A DNA stretch of 64,000 nucleotides from Guillardia theta CCMP2712 (GCF_000315625.1 NW_005434605.1:362407-426406); one strand, 5' to 3'; shown: positions 10,195 to 29,827, counted from the stretch's first letter. Notes: generated from the letters alone by a model not told the origin. Translations and numbers: made by a program.

Positions 10195-13100
10195 TTCACC
10201 TAACTGGCTCTACTGGATACCGCGTTCTGAAAGGTATGAATGGAAAAGCTTCCGCAACAAGATTCAGGGTCCTCGAGGATTACAAGATTTCTGATCTGTA
10301 AAAAATTGTCAAATCAATGCACAAATCAAAATTCACATTCAAGTGGATACAAGGAAGGTCAGAGATTTTTTCAGTGCAGGGAAATTACAACATACGGACT
10401 GAACATGCTCAGCAAATGAGCGCAGCATGTAAATAATGACCGGAGAACACTCCAACCACATCGAAAAAAATCGTCTTTAAAGAGAAAAAACGAACTACGA
10501 TCAGGGCTAACAAGGATTCCCATCACAAAGAGGCAACATGTAGCGGACAATCATCCGTAGGATGATATAAATAATCAAACGAACACGGGAAAACGTTTCA
10601 GTTGTACGAAGCATCAATGGCTGTGTGCTGTTCTGCTCTCCGATCAAAACTAAAAAAGTCATCTGCAGGGATGGGCAAAGTTGGTCTGGAACGCGCAACA
10701 GACAAAATTGGCTGGCGAAGCAAACCACAAGACATAAAGAACATTCGAGGTCCCAACCATAGTCAATTTTGGAAGCAAAGACTATGCATGTCATGCTTGC
10801 CTATCCCACAAGCTACTTTCGACGCAGATCAGGAGTGGGTAATTTCAAAGTAGTTCCTTGCGAACCCCAAAGTCGCCATGAAGGGGTTTACAGTCGAAAC
10901 GCACAATCCCTTCAGCAGTAAAATGGTTTTTGACTTGAGATGAATTCAGAAGCTGCAAAAGTGCGAGGAGCGATGCGAACACAGCTAGAAGGGTGTCGAT
11001 CGAATCGGCAAACTAAGCTGCTCAAGTACAATCCGCTACATGGTACAAGGAGCGCGCTCTCGAAAATCGTGCAGATTGACAGACCACAACATTCAAGAAT
11101 GTCGAGATCCACAAGAAACGATATAACAGTACAATGTACAGGAGGAGGAGGAGGAGGCAGATGAGCGGTGGCATTGAACCTGCTGTCGGCGGGGGGGGGA
11201 GGAGCGGCGGAATGGTGGAGGATGAGAGGGGTGGGGGTGGTTTGTGGTACACGAGGGGGTGAGGAGGGTACTCCGCCTTCCAAAGTTTGGTAGGGGTGGC
11301 ATTTGGGAGTATTGCGGTGAGGGTTGTCTACAACATGGGGGTGGGTGGCAAAATCAATTAGAGGGTAGGTGAACAGACAGGTGGGGTGAAAAAAAGATGA
11401 AGCATGAACAGGGGGTACATTACATCTTGGGGGTTATCAGGGCCCTAGCAAGCCAATGAGGTCTGGACAGTGAGATATTTATATTGATCAACAATGATGG
11501 ATTTCCTCAGTCTGCAGCACCCATCCGGGATCATGCCTTTGTCCTTTTTCGGAGAGGTTGGGGTCATGAAGAAGGGGTGCCGTGACTAAATGTGGGGTTA
11601 GTGCTGAGAAGGGGTCCATTGAGGTCTAGGGTGGGGCACCCTAGGAGTGCAAATTCAGGGTGCAACACTAGTTAGAGGGGGTGGAGTAATCATGGGGGTG
11701 GGTTTGAGGAGAAGTTGGTGGTGGGGTGGTACAAACTCGTGGTGGGTGAGGAACCCGATTTGTCTTATTTGTGAGGGGTAGTGAACGGAGGTGGTACTTT
11801 AACAGGGGTAGAGGGTGAGTGACTCAATATAATCGGGGGTACTAAAACAAGGAGTTGTGAATTATGTATTTCAAGGTGGGTAGTAACGACTGAATTCATT
11901 GGGTATAAAATTCATCAAACAAAACTAGAAGGGTAGGGTGGTATTATTGGGGGTCAGGGGGTTATGGTAATTTCAAATTGGTTTGCCAAAGATAGGTAGT
12001 ATTGGAGACAAAAAGGGGTGGGTTGTCCAATCGAGGTTCCATGGGTGGGGTGATCCAAGAAGAGGAGATCGCTCTAGAAGATCTTCTGTATCTAGGGGTG
12101 GGGGTAGGGGCATGAGGGGTCCGGGTTGAAAAGGATGGTAGGGGGTAGAATTATTCGAACCTTTCAGGTGGTAGGGTACTTTCACAGGGGTAACATTCTA
12201 GGAAATAACCAAGGCAGTCCCTTCCAAAGGGTGGGTACTTTTGCAACTCAGCCACTGGGGTGGAAGTCGGTTGGCTATAGATGGGGTAGTGGCTACATAT
12301 GACTGGGAGAGGTGGGTAATAATAATCCATTCGAAGGTGGGGTAGTCCCAAGGGATGATCGAGGCTTTTGCAAGGAGGTCATACCTATCTAGGTAGGGGT
12401 GGAACAGATTACTCATCGTTGTAATGGGGTGGGGTAGTGAAGAGGGTGGTAGTCAGTCATCGGTCAAGGTAGAGGAGGGGAGGTTTGACCTTCGAGTGAG
12501 GGACACATGGGGGTGTCTTGGAAAGGAGGGTACCCATGTGGGGTAGGGGTTATTGTGGTCAGCGGTACTTGATAGGGGACATACAGAGGTGTCTGGTAGG
12601 GTACTATTGCTGACCCCACCCCACCCCTTTGAATTGACAAATTACACCCCCACTTTGCTATCATTTCTTACCGGTGCTGAATGAACAATCCTGGCCTCCT
12701 TTTTACCGACAGAGCCTGCCCCAACGAAAGATTTGAAACCATCTCGAAACTTATTGATCAAAAATAGATATCGGACTCTTTGCACGTGTAAAAGGCAGCC
12801 TCAAATCTGAAATTTTATGGACCATTCTGACGGAATGAATGCCTTTCTACCTCAAACAGATACGAGGGGGTGGGGTGGGGAACTTAAGCATGGCCCCCCT
12901 CAGATACATTTATGTCTCAAACCGTGCCCCGGCTGAGACTCTCCGAGGCTCAGTGCCACTGGCTGGCCGGGCCGGGCCCAGTCGCCGGGCCCGGCTAGTC
13001 ACGACTCGTGGCACCCGGTGACCAGGCTCGGCATTCTTCAAGTGAGTCTGTCTTGACTGACTCAAAGGTAAACGGCCTGACTGGTTAACTTGAAAACCGT

Positions 13101-14217
13101 CCCGGCAGAATGGCCCGGCCGCCGCCCAGCGAGCCTCGGAACGCACGGCCCTGTGGCACCGTCTGACTCACTGACTGAGTCGCGTGGCGGGCCGCCGCGG
13201 TACTGTACACGGCTCCCGGTATCCGGGCCGTGTGGCCGCGGCAATGAGTGGGCCGCCGCGGCCGATGATCAGCATCCGATCATCCGGCCGCGGGGTCCGA
13301 AAAAACTCCGGGCCCGGGCCGGGACACTGACAACGGTGCCCGTAAAGCTAATTGCCAGTTCCAGTACAAAATTTGAAGATTACTCCTAAGAATGATGGTA
13401 CAAATATAATAATAGTTTTCTTCTCATTATCGAGTCTCGGTAGAGATTTATATATAGTAATTTAATATTCTTACCATTGCGATTAAAAATTTCTACAAGT
13501 TTTCTTAAAACAAATCTAAACATGCGCATAAAGGTACAAATTTACATTGCCCTTGTTAAATTGCTGACCGCCACAATGCAGGACTCAGACGAGAGGAGTG
13601 AGGTGAGCGGGGGAGGAGGAGGAGGAGGGAGAGGAGGATGATCAGGATAGGGAGCTGAACCAGATTCAATTGTGGAAGATGAAGGGGACAGGTGAAGAGG
13701 TGAAACAGTAGATTCATCAGGAGACGAGAGGTGATGGTGAGCGGATTACGAACGATGCAAGGTAGTGGTATGCACTTTTAAGCTCGAATCAGGGTGAAGA
13801 GATGCAAGGGGGGGAAGATCACACATGACTGGAGAGCGGAATGCTGTGCCATGGAGGGGCGAGGATTGAGTCCAAGGAGATTTAGTGATACACGGAGGCA
13901 CAGCAGCAGGTTAGAGGTTTCCCAGTCGATGTCTTAGAGCGTAGACGATGCCCCCAAACTGTTCCAGAGCTGCTGGACTGGCATTCAAGACGAGTGGTAT
14001 CTTTGCTCTATTCATTGAAACAAAATCGTTCAGAATCACCAGCAACCGTGTTTTTGCACTTTGTTCGTATCCCATTTCCGTATGTGGTAGGAGAGATGAA
14101 TGTTGTTCATATGCTTGTATTTCCGTGTTGTGATGAACTTGAAGCCACGTCAATGACGGTCTCGCAACATATCAAGCTCGTGGGAAGTACCCCGGCGTTA
14201 ATATTCGGTGGCAGGAC

Positions 14218-15496
14218 ATGAAGGTGGATGTCGTTCACTGTGCTGGGCACAAGCGCAAGCTCTGCTCGCTGGGGACGGGCGAGGTTGTGCATGTCTTGAA
14301 CTTTCGGGCACATCCGGACAAGACGCAGGAGTTCGAGAGGATCGCGCAGAGGCTGGCCCACTGCTTCTACCACATGGAGTCGGGGATCAGCGACGTACGG
14401 GTCTGCCATCCCAAGTGCGGAGAGGTATGCTTCGTGCTCACGTTCCTCAGCAAGAGCGACCTCGAGAGGTTCCAGGCCGGGCCCGAGCGCGACGCGACGG
14501 AGGCGCTGAAGTCATGCATCGAGGGGGGGATCCCCTCGTTCGCGGTGTCGGGGACGCTGATGCCGGATACGCACACTTTCTCCTCCCTCCTCACGTTCCT
14601 CAAGGCCAACATCAAGGGGAGCAACTACAACGCGCACGACTGCGAGGTTGTGAAGCGGGAGATGGCGAAGTGGTTCCCGAGGAAGGAGGAGTACGAGAGG
14701 TACGTGTACTGGGACCCTGCCGACCCCACCAAGTACACGAGGAATCTGGTGTTTGCCAATGAGCACATGGACGTCCTGCTCATGTGCTGGCCGCCCCACT
14801 CGAAGAGCGCGATCCATGGGCACGAGGACAGCAGCTGCTGGGTGGTGCTGGTGGAGGGCGAGGTGCACGAGATCCAGTACAACGTGCCGAAACTGGACAA
14901 GAAGTTCATCGAGACGCAGATGAAGAACCCGACGGGGGCGATCGGGAGGTGCTCGAAGCTGCGGGTGATCCACGAGGTGAAGCTTAGCGAAGACGGCCTG
15001 ACCAACACGTACGCCAACGACGACATCGCCGTCCACCGCATCGAGAACAGGTCCGACCGGCCGGCCTTCACACTGTGAGTCTCTTCCCTCCCTCTTTTCC
15101 TTTGCCCTCCTCCTTACCGGCTCTCGGTAGGCACGTGTATGCGCCCGGGCTGAGGAAGATGAAGATCTTCAAGGACAGCGGGGAGGTATCGCTCCGATCG
15201 CTCTCCCTCCCCTTCCTCGTCTCCTCATCCCCTCCCATCCCCTCCCCTCCTCTCCTTGCTGCTGTTTCCCTGGCTGTCACGCTGATCCGGGGCTCCTCCT
15301 CCAGGTGTTCGTCTACTCGGTCGCTTCCATCCCCTACATGTCCGAGCATGGCAGTCGCACGGGGAGATGGGGGAAAGACACGGACCCTGACGGCATCCTC
15401 GACATCGAGGCCTGGAACAAGAACCAGCTCGGCAGCTCTCCTGTCATCTCCTCCATGCCCAACCCCCCAGACATGGAAGTTGGTCCTTCGATCTGA
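14218..15496 (+). CDS. Cysteine dioxygenase (cupin) with N-terminal ABM-like dimeric alpha/beta-barrel domain
   Basis: Exons 14218-15074, 15131-15185 and 15305-15496. CDO motifs YTRNL, CWPPHSKSAIHGHEDSSCW, VHRIEN and TLHVYAP. An acceptor-like GCAG just before the ATG means upstream exons are possible (for example from the ATG at 13576). Confidence 0.85.
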
Positions 15497-15771
15497 GAGC
15501 ATTGGAACAGGGATAAAGATGATGAGGGAGAGGAGGAGGAGCAGAAGTCGTGGTGGTGGTGGTGGGAGGTGAGGAGGAGAAAGGAGATTAACGCTTGAGC
15601 TGGTGGAGACATCTATTGTTGGTCCACCATGCAACTTCCTAGACGCTGGGGATGGTGCCATCAGACCTTTTTTCCCTCCTCCTCCTCCTCCCCTTCCTCC
15701 CCCTCCTCCCCCTCCTCCTCCTCCCTCCTCCAGGACGGGCACAAACATGCTCGGAGCGCACCTGCATCGTG

Positions 15772-21994
<6,223 letters not shown>

Positions 21995-22769
21995 CGTCAG
22001 GAGGAAGGAGGTCTCCGACCGTCTCGTCGCGCGACAACTCAGTCAGCTCGGATGCCTGCTTCATCTCATGCTGCTCGTCTCCTCTTGCTCCTTCATGTCC
22101 CCGCGTTCCTATCCTCACCTCCGGTCCTTCCCTGCATTGCGACGTTTGACCATGATTTGACCCAATAGGCGTTACGGAAAAGGGAAATACGTTACCTTGT
22201 TGGCTCGGCCGCCGCGGGCAGCAAATGCAAGCACTCGGGAAGCAGTGACCGTGGAGGGTAGAGGAGGAGGGGGAGTGGGGGGGAGGGGAGGAGGAGGAGG
22301 ATATGAAGCAGATGGGGAGGATGACCATGACGAGCGTAGGTTTTCACATGGGGAATCATGAGAAAGAACAGGAAGATAGAGTGAATTGAACTGAATAGTA
22401 TACAGGCATAAGCAGAAAGTTTTGTGTGTTTGGGGGCAGGGATTCAATCTTAATCTTCTTGGGAGTCAATATTAGTCTGTTCCACCACGTAGCTATGAGA
22501 AGCTGCAGAGAGGTTTGGTGTTGAGATGTGAGGCGTGGGGCTGGTAGGTGGAGCGGGCAGAGGTTGGTCATTGATGAGAACTTGTACAACATGGAGGACT
22601 GCCGCAGTATGACAAAGGACGTAGTGAACACCGAAGAGAGAAGAGCCTTCTGACACCTTACAGCTCTAGCTTGTAACTGACTTCTATCGCCAGGTGATCG
22701 CTGTTGGGCGATTCAGAAGACGAGTGAGACGAAGACGGGGCCCTTAGGGACTGGAGACCACAAGCGAGC

Positions 22770-23677
22770 ATGGCAGAAGAGTTCACAAACTTTAAACTGA
22801 AGATTGGGAGCACAATACGGAAGACGGGAAAGAGAGACGCAGGCGCAGAGCAGTACGAGACGCTCCTCTTCACCTTCAGGCCGGACTCGATCAAAGATCA
22901 GTCCGGCGTGCTCTGGAGAGGGTCTGCAAACCCCAGCGACAAGAAGAAGGAAGGCAACAAGGTATACGTCAGCTTCGAGAACCAGGACGTAGCAGCGGAT
23001 GGCAAGACAAGCAGCGGGCACTACTTCGAGGGGAACATGGTAGCAGCCAAGGACGACTGCATCCTCATCGTTGACGAGAGCACCGGCGAAGCTGTTCTCG
23101 AGAAAATCTCTGGGAGCACAAGGTTGACCAAGTTGTCCAAGGTCTCACTTCCAACGAGCAAGCCTGCTCCTCTCCCCGACTCCCTCAAGAGGATGTTCTC
23201 ACATGTGGACCAGTCGGAGCCAGCGGATGAAAGACCATCCAAGGCTCCGTACCAGCAGTACTACAATCAGAACAATGATGAAGCATCGTCCTCTGACTCG
23301 TCCTCTGATTCATCTGACGACGACGACGACGAGCCTGTGAGCGCTTGCTTGCGAGTCTGCCGCGATGCTATCTGACACCAACAATGTTACAGGAGACGGC
23401 GCCTCGTCAAGGTGGAGGCAAGGGGTTGATGGGATCTGGTGGAGGGAAAGGAACGATGTCGGGAGGGAAAGGAACAATGTCAGGAGGAAAAGGGTTGATG
23501 AAGGTTATCTTGAGACGCATCCTGCTGCTGAAACTTACTGCCTTACTCCTACCTAGCCTCCCGAACCTCAGTCATCCGAGTCGAACTCCGACAGCGATTC
23601 AGGTCTGCGAAGAATTCCCGACCACTCTCGATCTGATGTTTGTTGCAGATTCGGATGAAGATTCAGACCCGGAATGA
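22770..23677 (+). CDS. ELL-associated factor (EAF) family transcription elongation protein, multi-exon
   Basis: FKLKIGSTI..YETLLFTFRPDSI..YFEGNMVAAKDDCILIVDESTGEAVLEKIS matches the EAF N-terminal domain. The tail is Ser/Asp-rich and ends DSDEDSDPE*. Confidence 0.8.
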
Positions 23678-24325
23678 AATGATTCATCATCTTTTCAAAT
23701 CTCAGTCAGTGCCCCGTCAGATTCTCCCCCGATGTCACTGCGGTGGCTTGCCAACCCCTGTGACTGAGTCCGCTCCTCACTCTATCGGACTCCGTGGCCG
23801 CTTTCTGGAACCGTAGAACCGCCGTGTAGTACTAAACCCTGCCCGCCGCCGGCACTGTGAGAAACTTGCAAAGTAAATAAGTCCAACTGACTGTGAGGGG
23901 ATCATGGCACTCATCGTCCGATGGCGGCGACCGTACTGATCGGACGCCGGGGTGACCGTCCAGCCTGGCAGGTCAGGTACTATGCCAAGGCTGATGGACT
24001 CACATTCTGTACCGTTTTTGCCCAGGAAAAACAAAGCTCCCGAAAAGACGGTGGCTTTTCTCAGTTCTTGGTGTCCCCCAGCCGGGCTAGCCTAGTAGTG
24101 ACCGTACCTGTTATATAGTTTATGACCGTACCCGTCATTCAAGGCTGCCACCGACTCAAAGGCCCGGCCGCCGCCCCGTCGGACTCCCCCGACTCGGACC
24201 AGGCCGACCGTGACGCCCGGGGGCCGGCCGCGGCCTCAGCGGCTGCCCTTCAAGTTTTTTTGCGCGGCCACTGTGACAGTGCGGCCTGTGAAGGGCCAGG
24301 CTGGCGAGTCACTGGCACTGGAAAA

Positions 24326-24371
24326 TCCGAGGCCCGGGTCACCGGGAAGGTCCGAGGCCCGGGTCACCGGG
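24326..24371. repeat. 21-bp direct repeat TCCGAGGCCCGGGTCACCGGG, two copies
   Basis: Copies at 24326-24346 and 24351-24371 inside a non-coding GC island. Confidence 0.9.
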
Positions 24372-26604
24372 CCGGGGTTTTGTCAACTGTAAGTTCATGG
24401 TTGTAACTTAACACCATACGGTACGTCCGGGGGGGGGGGGGGGGGGGCGGCCTCAGCCCGGCCTGTGACGGCGTACCCGGGTCGGAGTCGCCAAACTTGA
24501 AACTTGAAACTCAGTTCAGACTTTCCGAACCATTCCGACCTGGGCCGGTGGCAGGCCGCGCCCTCCGCCCTGAATGCGACAGTGCCCGCGGGTGGTCAAA
24601 CTTTGGTCAATTCATGGTCATTCCATGTCCGACAACTTGTGGCAACACACGGTGACCGTGGTCAAACTCTTTACTTAAAAAGTTAAGTTAAAAATCAAAG
24701 TTCACATATGGGAAGGGGGGGATGGGGGGTTGACGGTGACGAACTTGTGGGGTAGGGTAGGTTGAATATGAAGATTCGTATCTGGGACGAAAAGACGAGT
24801 TTTCGATTCGTAATCGTTTCTTTCCTCTGGGGAGTCCCAAGCAGTGGTCTCCCCAGCTTTCCTTGGGGACGTGCCGCACCCCCACCCCCATACAGTCATA
24901 TTGTCTACCCCCACCCTTATTTAGACATTAGTTTACACGGGGGTAACCCCCACCAAGAAAGACCCACCGGTGTGATGAATGTCCCCTGCTACCACCCCCG
25001 CTTGCACCTTCTTGTGCCCACCCCCCCTCATTTTCTTTGCTTTGGTTACCTGTCGTGCCACACCCAATATGATCGTAAGAACTTTCCGACATTCTTCGTT
25101 CAATAGTTCCTCTTTTTTCAAACTTGAAGCCCTTCAAAAGTACCGTTACCACCCACCCACGACTGATGGGATGGACCCCACCACACCCTTCATTACCTGG
25201 AATTACCACCCCCACCCCCTCGTCTTCCCACGAACCTCTTCAGATTTGGATCAATCCTCACACACTACCCCAACGATTCCCATCAGCCCCACTGACCTTA
25301 TCTAAGTAATACCCCCACCCCTATTTGCTTTTCCTATACCCCCCTATATTCCCCTGATTGCCTTGGAGAATCATCCTACTGTAACTGACCCCTACCCCCT
25401 CAATTTTACCCATCCCCGACCTTGCTCTACGTCCCTCCCCTCACAGATGACCTGGACTTGCCTAGTTTCATAGCTTCAATTGACTTGCGAGGCACCCACC
25501 CATGAGATCTGAGGGACCCTTCACGCTATCCGAACCCCCTCCACCCCTCTATCCGATTCGGACTTCTCTCATAAATTAACAAGGTTTGGTTGGATTGGAG
25601 GTTGCAAACTTCAGGGGTGGGGTAGTAAATTGACCGGTTCTTTGATATAAAATAGTGGGGTAGGGTACCCTTTGCAAAAAGGGTGGGGTACTCCGAAATA
25701 TTGTCCAAGTTTTCTCATTGGTGGGGTACTTCGGTGAAAACGGGGGTGGTACGATTGACGGCGCATTACATCAAGAGAATAGATAGGGGGTAGGGTCATT
25801 CACTAGACCCCTTCCTTGCTACGACGCACCATCCTTTTCGGGAGGGAACCCCAGTACCCCAATGATTATTTTCCTGTTGCGAGAATAGTACCCGTACTTT
25901 ACTCTTTCAAAATACCGGTCATAATGGATAACAAAGTACCCCCGTACCCCCACTATCATGGAAGGCTACGACATCTGCTCTTGCCCACAAGGTATACCCT
26001 ACCCATCCCACCACCCTCCACCCCTTACCGACATTCCCCACCCCGCATTTAACCCCCACCCTTTCACAAACCCCCTGTTTTCAATCACCCTACATTTGAT
26101 AACCCCTACCCCAATATTACATTCTTTGTACCCCCCTTCTGTCCTTTCCTTCCATCGAAGTTTGTACCCCCACCCTACTTATTGTTATGACCTCCACCCC
26201 TCCATCTTTACACCCCCAGATTGAAGCTAAGAGTTCAGGACCGGTACTTTCGTAATGCAATCACCCCACCCCCTCGATCTGGCGGTGGGTATAAATAGGG
26301 AGCCGAGGGTGATAGGGAGGGTTCTGGTTTTCCCTCCGACTGCACCCACGCACATCGGTCATCGACCTTTCTGTGCTCCTTCCTGTCTCCCTCCTCTCCC
26401 CCCCCCCCTCCCTTCTCCCCAGCACCTCGTTAACTGTGCTTCCCGACCCTTCTCTGCATCCCCCTCCCCTCCTCTCATTTCTTGACCCGAATCCCGTGCC
26501 TCTTGTCAGCACTTAAAACTCCTGACTGCTGGCGTACCTACACATCGTGGTTGGGTTGTTGGGGATTGGACAAGAACCTGAAGGGGCAGCGTGTTGAGAG
26601 TGTT

Positions 26605-27108
26605 ATGAGCATCATGCAACCGATGCAAAGTATGGAGCATAGTCAGTCGCTAAGCTTATTGATGCCAAGCCAGCAATATTCTCACGCATCAGACGCCACG
26701 ACAAGACACGAGTGGAATGCTAGTGTATTGACTGTGGGTGAAGACGGACAAGATCTATCAGCATGTGAACAGCAGGTGTGTTGTTGTCTTTGTGGTGCAA
26801 ATACCTCTTTCTCACTGTTCTTTCCTCAGTTAAGCGACCTCAAGTTAAACGACAAACCATTCCTCTGTAGAATATTCTTTAGATCTTCCAAGACTGACTC
26901 ACGAGCGGCGGGCATGTCGCAGAGATCTGCATGTGCAGAGCGAACCAGCATGGAGCTAGAAATGGACTTCACAAGTATCTGTGATGACGAAGAATACTGT
27001 GAAGCGATCAAATCAGATATTGTGCATGCTGTGAAGACTAGAGCGTATGGGTGCTATCTTTACGGGCATGGATCGTACTTCCAGCTGCGACGGGCTGCTT
27101 CTTCTTGA
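26605..27108 (+). CDS. Small hypothetical protein (probably 2 exons)
   Basis: ATG at 26605 and an in-frame GT-AG intron at ~26776-26829. It lies downstream of a TACCCC tract and a pyrimidine-rich leader. No recognised domain. Confidence 0.55.
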   Translation: MSIMQPMQSMEHSQSLSLLMPSQQYSHASDATTRHEWNASVLTVGEDGQDLSACEQQVCCCLCGANTSFSLFFPQLSDLKLNDKPFLCRIFFRSSKTDSRAAGMSQRSACAERTSMELEMDFTSICDDEEYCEAIKSDIVHAVKTRAYGCYLYGHGSYFQLRRAASS

Positions 27109-27199
27109 TCAGTGTGAAGATGTAGAGAACGTGTATTATCTTGTGCAAAAGAACCTTACATTATTATTGTAAATTATTATTCAAAGAATCATGACACCG

Positions 27200-29827
27200 T
27201 TAAAAGATCAGATTGCTCAGCCCTTCCATGTCGATCACCCGGTCCATGAGAAAGACGCCAATCTGTTTCGCAAACACCTTCATCCCTCCGTCAGATTTCC
27301 AACACGTTTCAACGACATCCAAACCTTGAGAACTATTTCGTCCTCCTCGCTGAAACAAGGGGTCTTGTTGAGAGCCTGCCAATGCTTGTATCAACTTCCC
27401 CCCCCCCCCCCCTCTCTGAGGTCTTGCGCTTACAACAGACCTCAAGCACGGCGATGGTGGTGGCGTCTTCCTCGGAGATGACAGGGACACAGCAGATGTT
27501 GGTGCAAACTTGGGACGGGAAGACTCGGTCGAAGGTGGGGCTGAAGAAGGGGTGCGCGAAGGCGTCGTTGCTTCGCACGCACTGAGTAGTCTCGGCCACA
27601 TGCCCTGTGATGCCCTCCCCGACAAAATGCTCTATGCTCGGCGGGGCTTCCCTTGCCTGCTCCATGGAGGCCGTCCTCGACATGCCCGACTCTCTTCCTG
27701 CAGAGACGAGGGTCACGAGCGTGCTCTTGGCCTTGGACGAGTCAGCGGGGGCCTCAGGGTTCTCATCCGGTTGCTTGATAACAAGCAGTCGCAAGCTCTC
27801 CACCTGCATGGAGCGCTGGAAGTCTTTGATCATGCCGGTGATGGAGGTGGAGCTGTTCCTCCGCTGAACCGACTTGGTGTGACGGATCGTTCGACTCCTC
27901 CTCGTCACTGACGTGGAGGCCAAGAGCTGCTCGGATCGATCCATGGTGGAGATGACGTCTTCGTCCGCGCGGGTCCAGGGCACGCTGTGTTTGCTGACCT
28001 GGAACACGCAGCTCACCTCCCCGTACATGTTCTTGAGCGGCACAGTGCAGATCCCCCTAGCAGGCAAGTCGGTGGTGCCACGGAGGTCGCGGGTGGCAGA
28101 GTACTTGGACTCCTTCCCCACGTCGTTAGTTGTGTTCATCATGGCCGTCTGGGCGGCAAGAGAGATGAGGCCGATCCCGTCGTTGGGTACCCGCTGCTCC
28201 AGCCCCAGGGTGATGCTCTCGTCGTCGAAGAGGGTGTGGAGGAGGCGGAACTCGTTGGCAACCTTGTCGAGGTAGAAGATGCCGCATTGATCCACTGAAA
28301 TGACGTTGACCGTCATGTCGTTGAGCATCTTGAGGACAGAGACAAAGTCGGAGGAGTTGCTGACGATCTTGGTGAACCTCAGGAACCTCTGCAGGAGCTG
28401 CTGTGCTCGCCATGACGCCGAGAATGCTCTGCACTGCTCGAATTCCTTCCCGCAAACTCTTGCAAACTCCTCGCAAAGTATCTGCATGATGCAAGAGCGA
28501 TCAGATTCGGCGTTGGATGCACAAGTGACTCGGTTTACCTGTAGCTCCTTATTGAAGAAGTTGAGGATTCTGTCGCCTTCCTGCAACTTCTTCTCCGTCA
28601 TGTGGTCGAAGAGCTGCAGGCAGCCCAGCAAGCTTCCGTCGGCATCAAGGATGGGACTGCAGACGAAGGGGGTGGTTTCCTGCCCCATAATCACGTCTGT
28701 CGTCTTGTTGAAGTCAGCTGCAAGGTCGTTCCCCATCTTATAGTTCAGCGTCTTTCCCTGCTTCAACACTTTGCCAACGATCCCGTCGATGGGCAACGGG
28801 CGATTGTTCACACCGATATCCACGTACCCGTCCTGTTTTGACTTGGATAGCGCAGCCATGACCACCAGGTGATCTCCTTCCAAGAAGAGTATCCGCCCTG
28901 ACCTCGCCGCACACAGATCCATCGCGATCTCGAGCATTCGGCTCGTCAGGAGCGGAAGATCCATGATGCTTCCTGGAATCTGCGCAATAAGAATGTCACC
29001 GACCCACCAGGCATGAGCAACAAGTGCATGGCCAAGGATGGACAGCGGGAGCAGGAGTGGGAGCAGGATAAAGTCTGGAATCTCCATACCTCCAGCATTG
29101 AGCTCATGCAGGTCATCACTTTGTTGAGGCAGGAGATCTGGTTGTATAACTCGACCAGTGAAGAGTTCCTCGCACTCTGTTGAAACTGACTGTACAGCAT
29201 GTTCATCGCAAGGATGAAGTCGTCAGCCTCCATCTGCCTGCTCAATGCTCTTTCGAACAAGATCCACATCGGGGAAACTCTGGTTTCCTCGGCAGCTGCA
29301 GGGCTCGGGGACTTCGTCTGGCATTCCCGGAAACGGAAGTACAACTGCTGCCAGATGGGGATGTCGTCATAGTTGTCCGTCTTGAACATCTTGTGGTGTT
29401 TGCTTGTGTACTGGCCATCGAAGTCAGAGCTGTTGCTGTTCCTCCCGCTCATCTTCATCCACGTGGACAGCTCCTGTTGCTTCTGTTTGCGTAAGTCCAG
29501 TTTTTGCCTCAGCAGGTCTGACTCAGCCTCGATGAGAGAGATCTTGTTGCGCAGCTTCTGAATCAGGTTCTCCTGCTCCCTGATCTTCGCCCAGGCTCGA
29601 GCGAGAGACTTGGAGGACGACTTCTTGAGGTCCTCGATCTCTTGCGCCTGGTGCTGCAGCACAGTGTCCTTGGCCACAAGGATGGAGCCCTGAAGAGCTT
29701 CAAAGGCTGGGAAGGGGTATCGCCTCCTGCTCTCGCTCCCTCCTCCCTCATACTGATCTCTTGGGTTGCGTGAGGGTCTCCAGGGGCTGGCCGATGACAC
29801 TGTGCGCCGCCTCTGATGGCTGCTCAT
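27200..29827 (-). CDS. Coiled-coil + tandem GAF-domain protein (PDE-type GAFs, no catalytic domain)
   Basis: Three GAF-like units: GIVGKV..FVCSPI..LLGCLQL; GLISLAA..ICTVPL..VFQV..EDV; GEGITGHVA..DAFAHPFF..NICCVPV..VLE|ALNKTPCFSEEDE. The stop at 27200 follows directly. An intron lies at 29089-28980. Confidence 0.8.

Noticed and set aside
11200-12660. Telomere-like, CRISPR-like or coding interpretation of the GGGGT-rich tract
   Set aside because: There is no fixed-period unit and no repeat-spacer structure, and the ORFs are short and Pro-rich. It is treated as a motif-rich intergenic tract.
13576-14214. Separate acidic micro-exon gene upstream of CDO
   Set aside because: Candidate exons hit early stops. 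I cannot tell whether this is a 5' extension, UTR or separate gene without transcripts.
22225-22653. Possible small spliced gene on + before EAF
   Set aside because: No consistent exon chain or recognisable domain could be built.
22658-22894. Minus-strand ORF ending PNSDHLAIEVSY, resembling an EEP nuclease C-terminus
   Set aside because: It overlaps the EAF start on the opposite strand, and no other EEP motifs (GDFN, QE) were found.
23720-24670. rRNA, tRNA or transposon interpretation of the GC-rich island
   Set aside because: No rRNA signatures, cloverleaf, terminal inverted repeats or transposase ORF were recognised.
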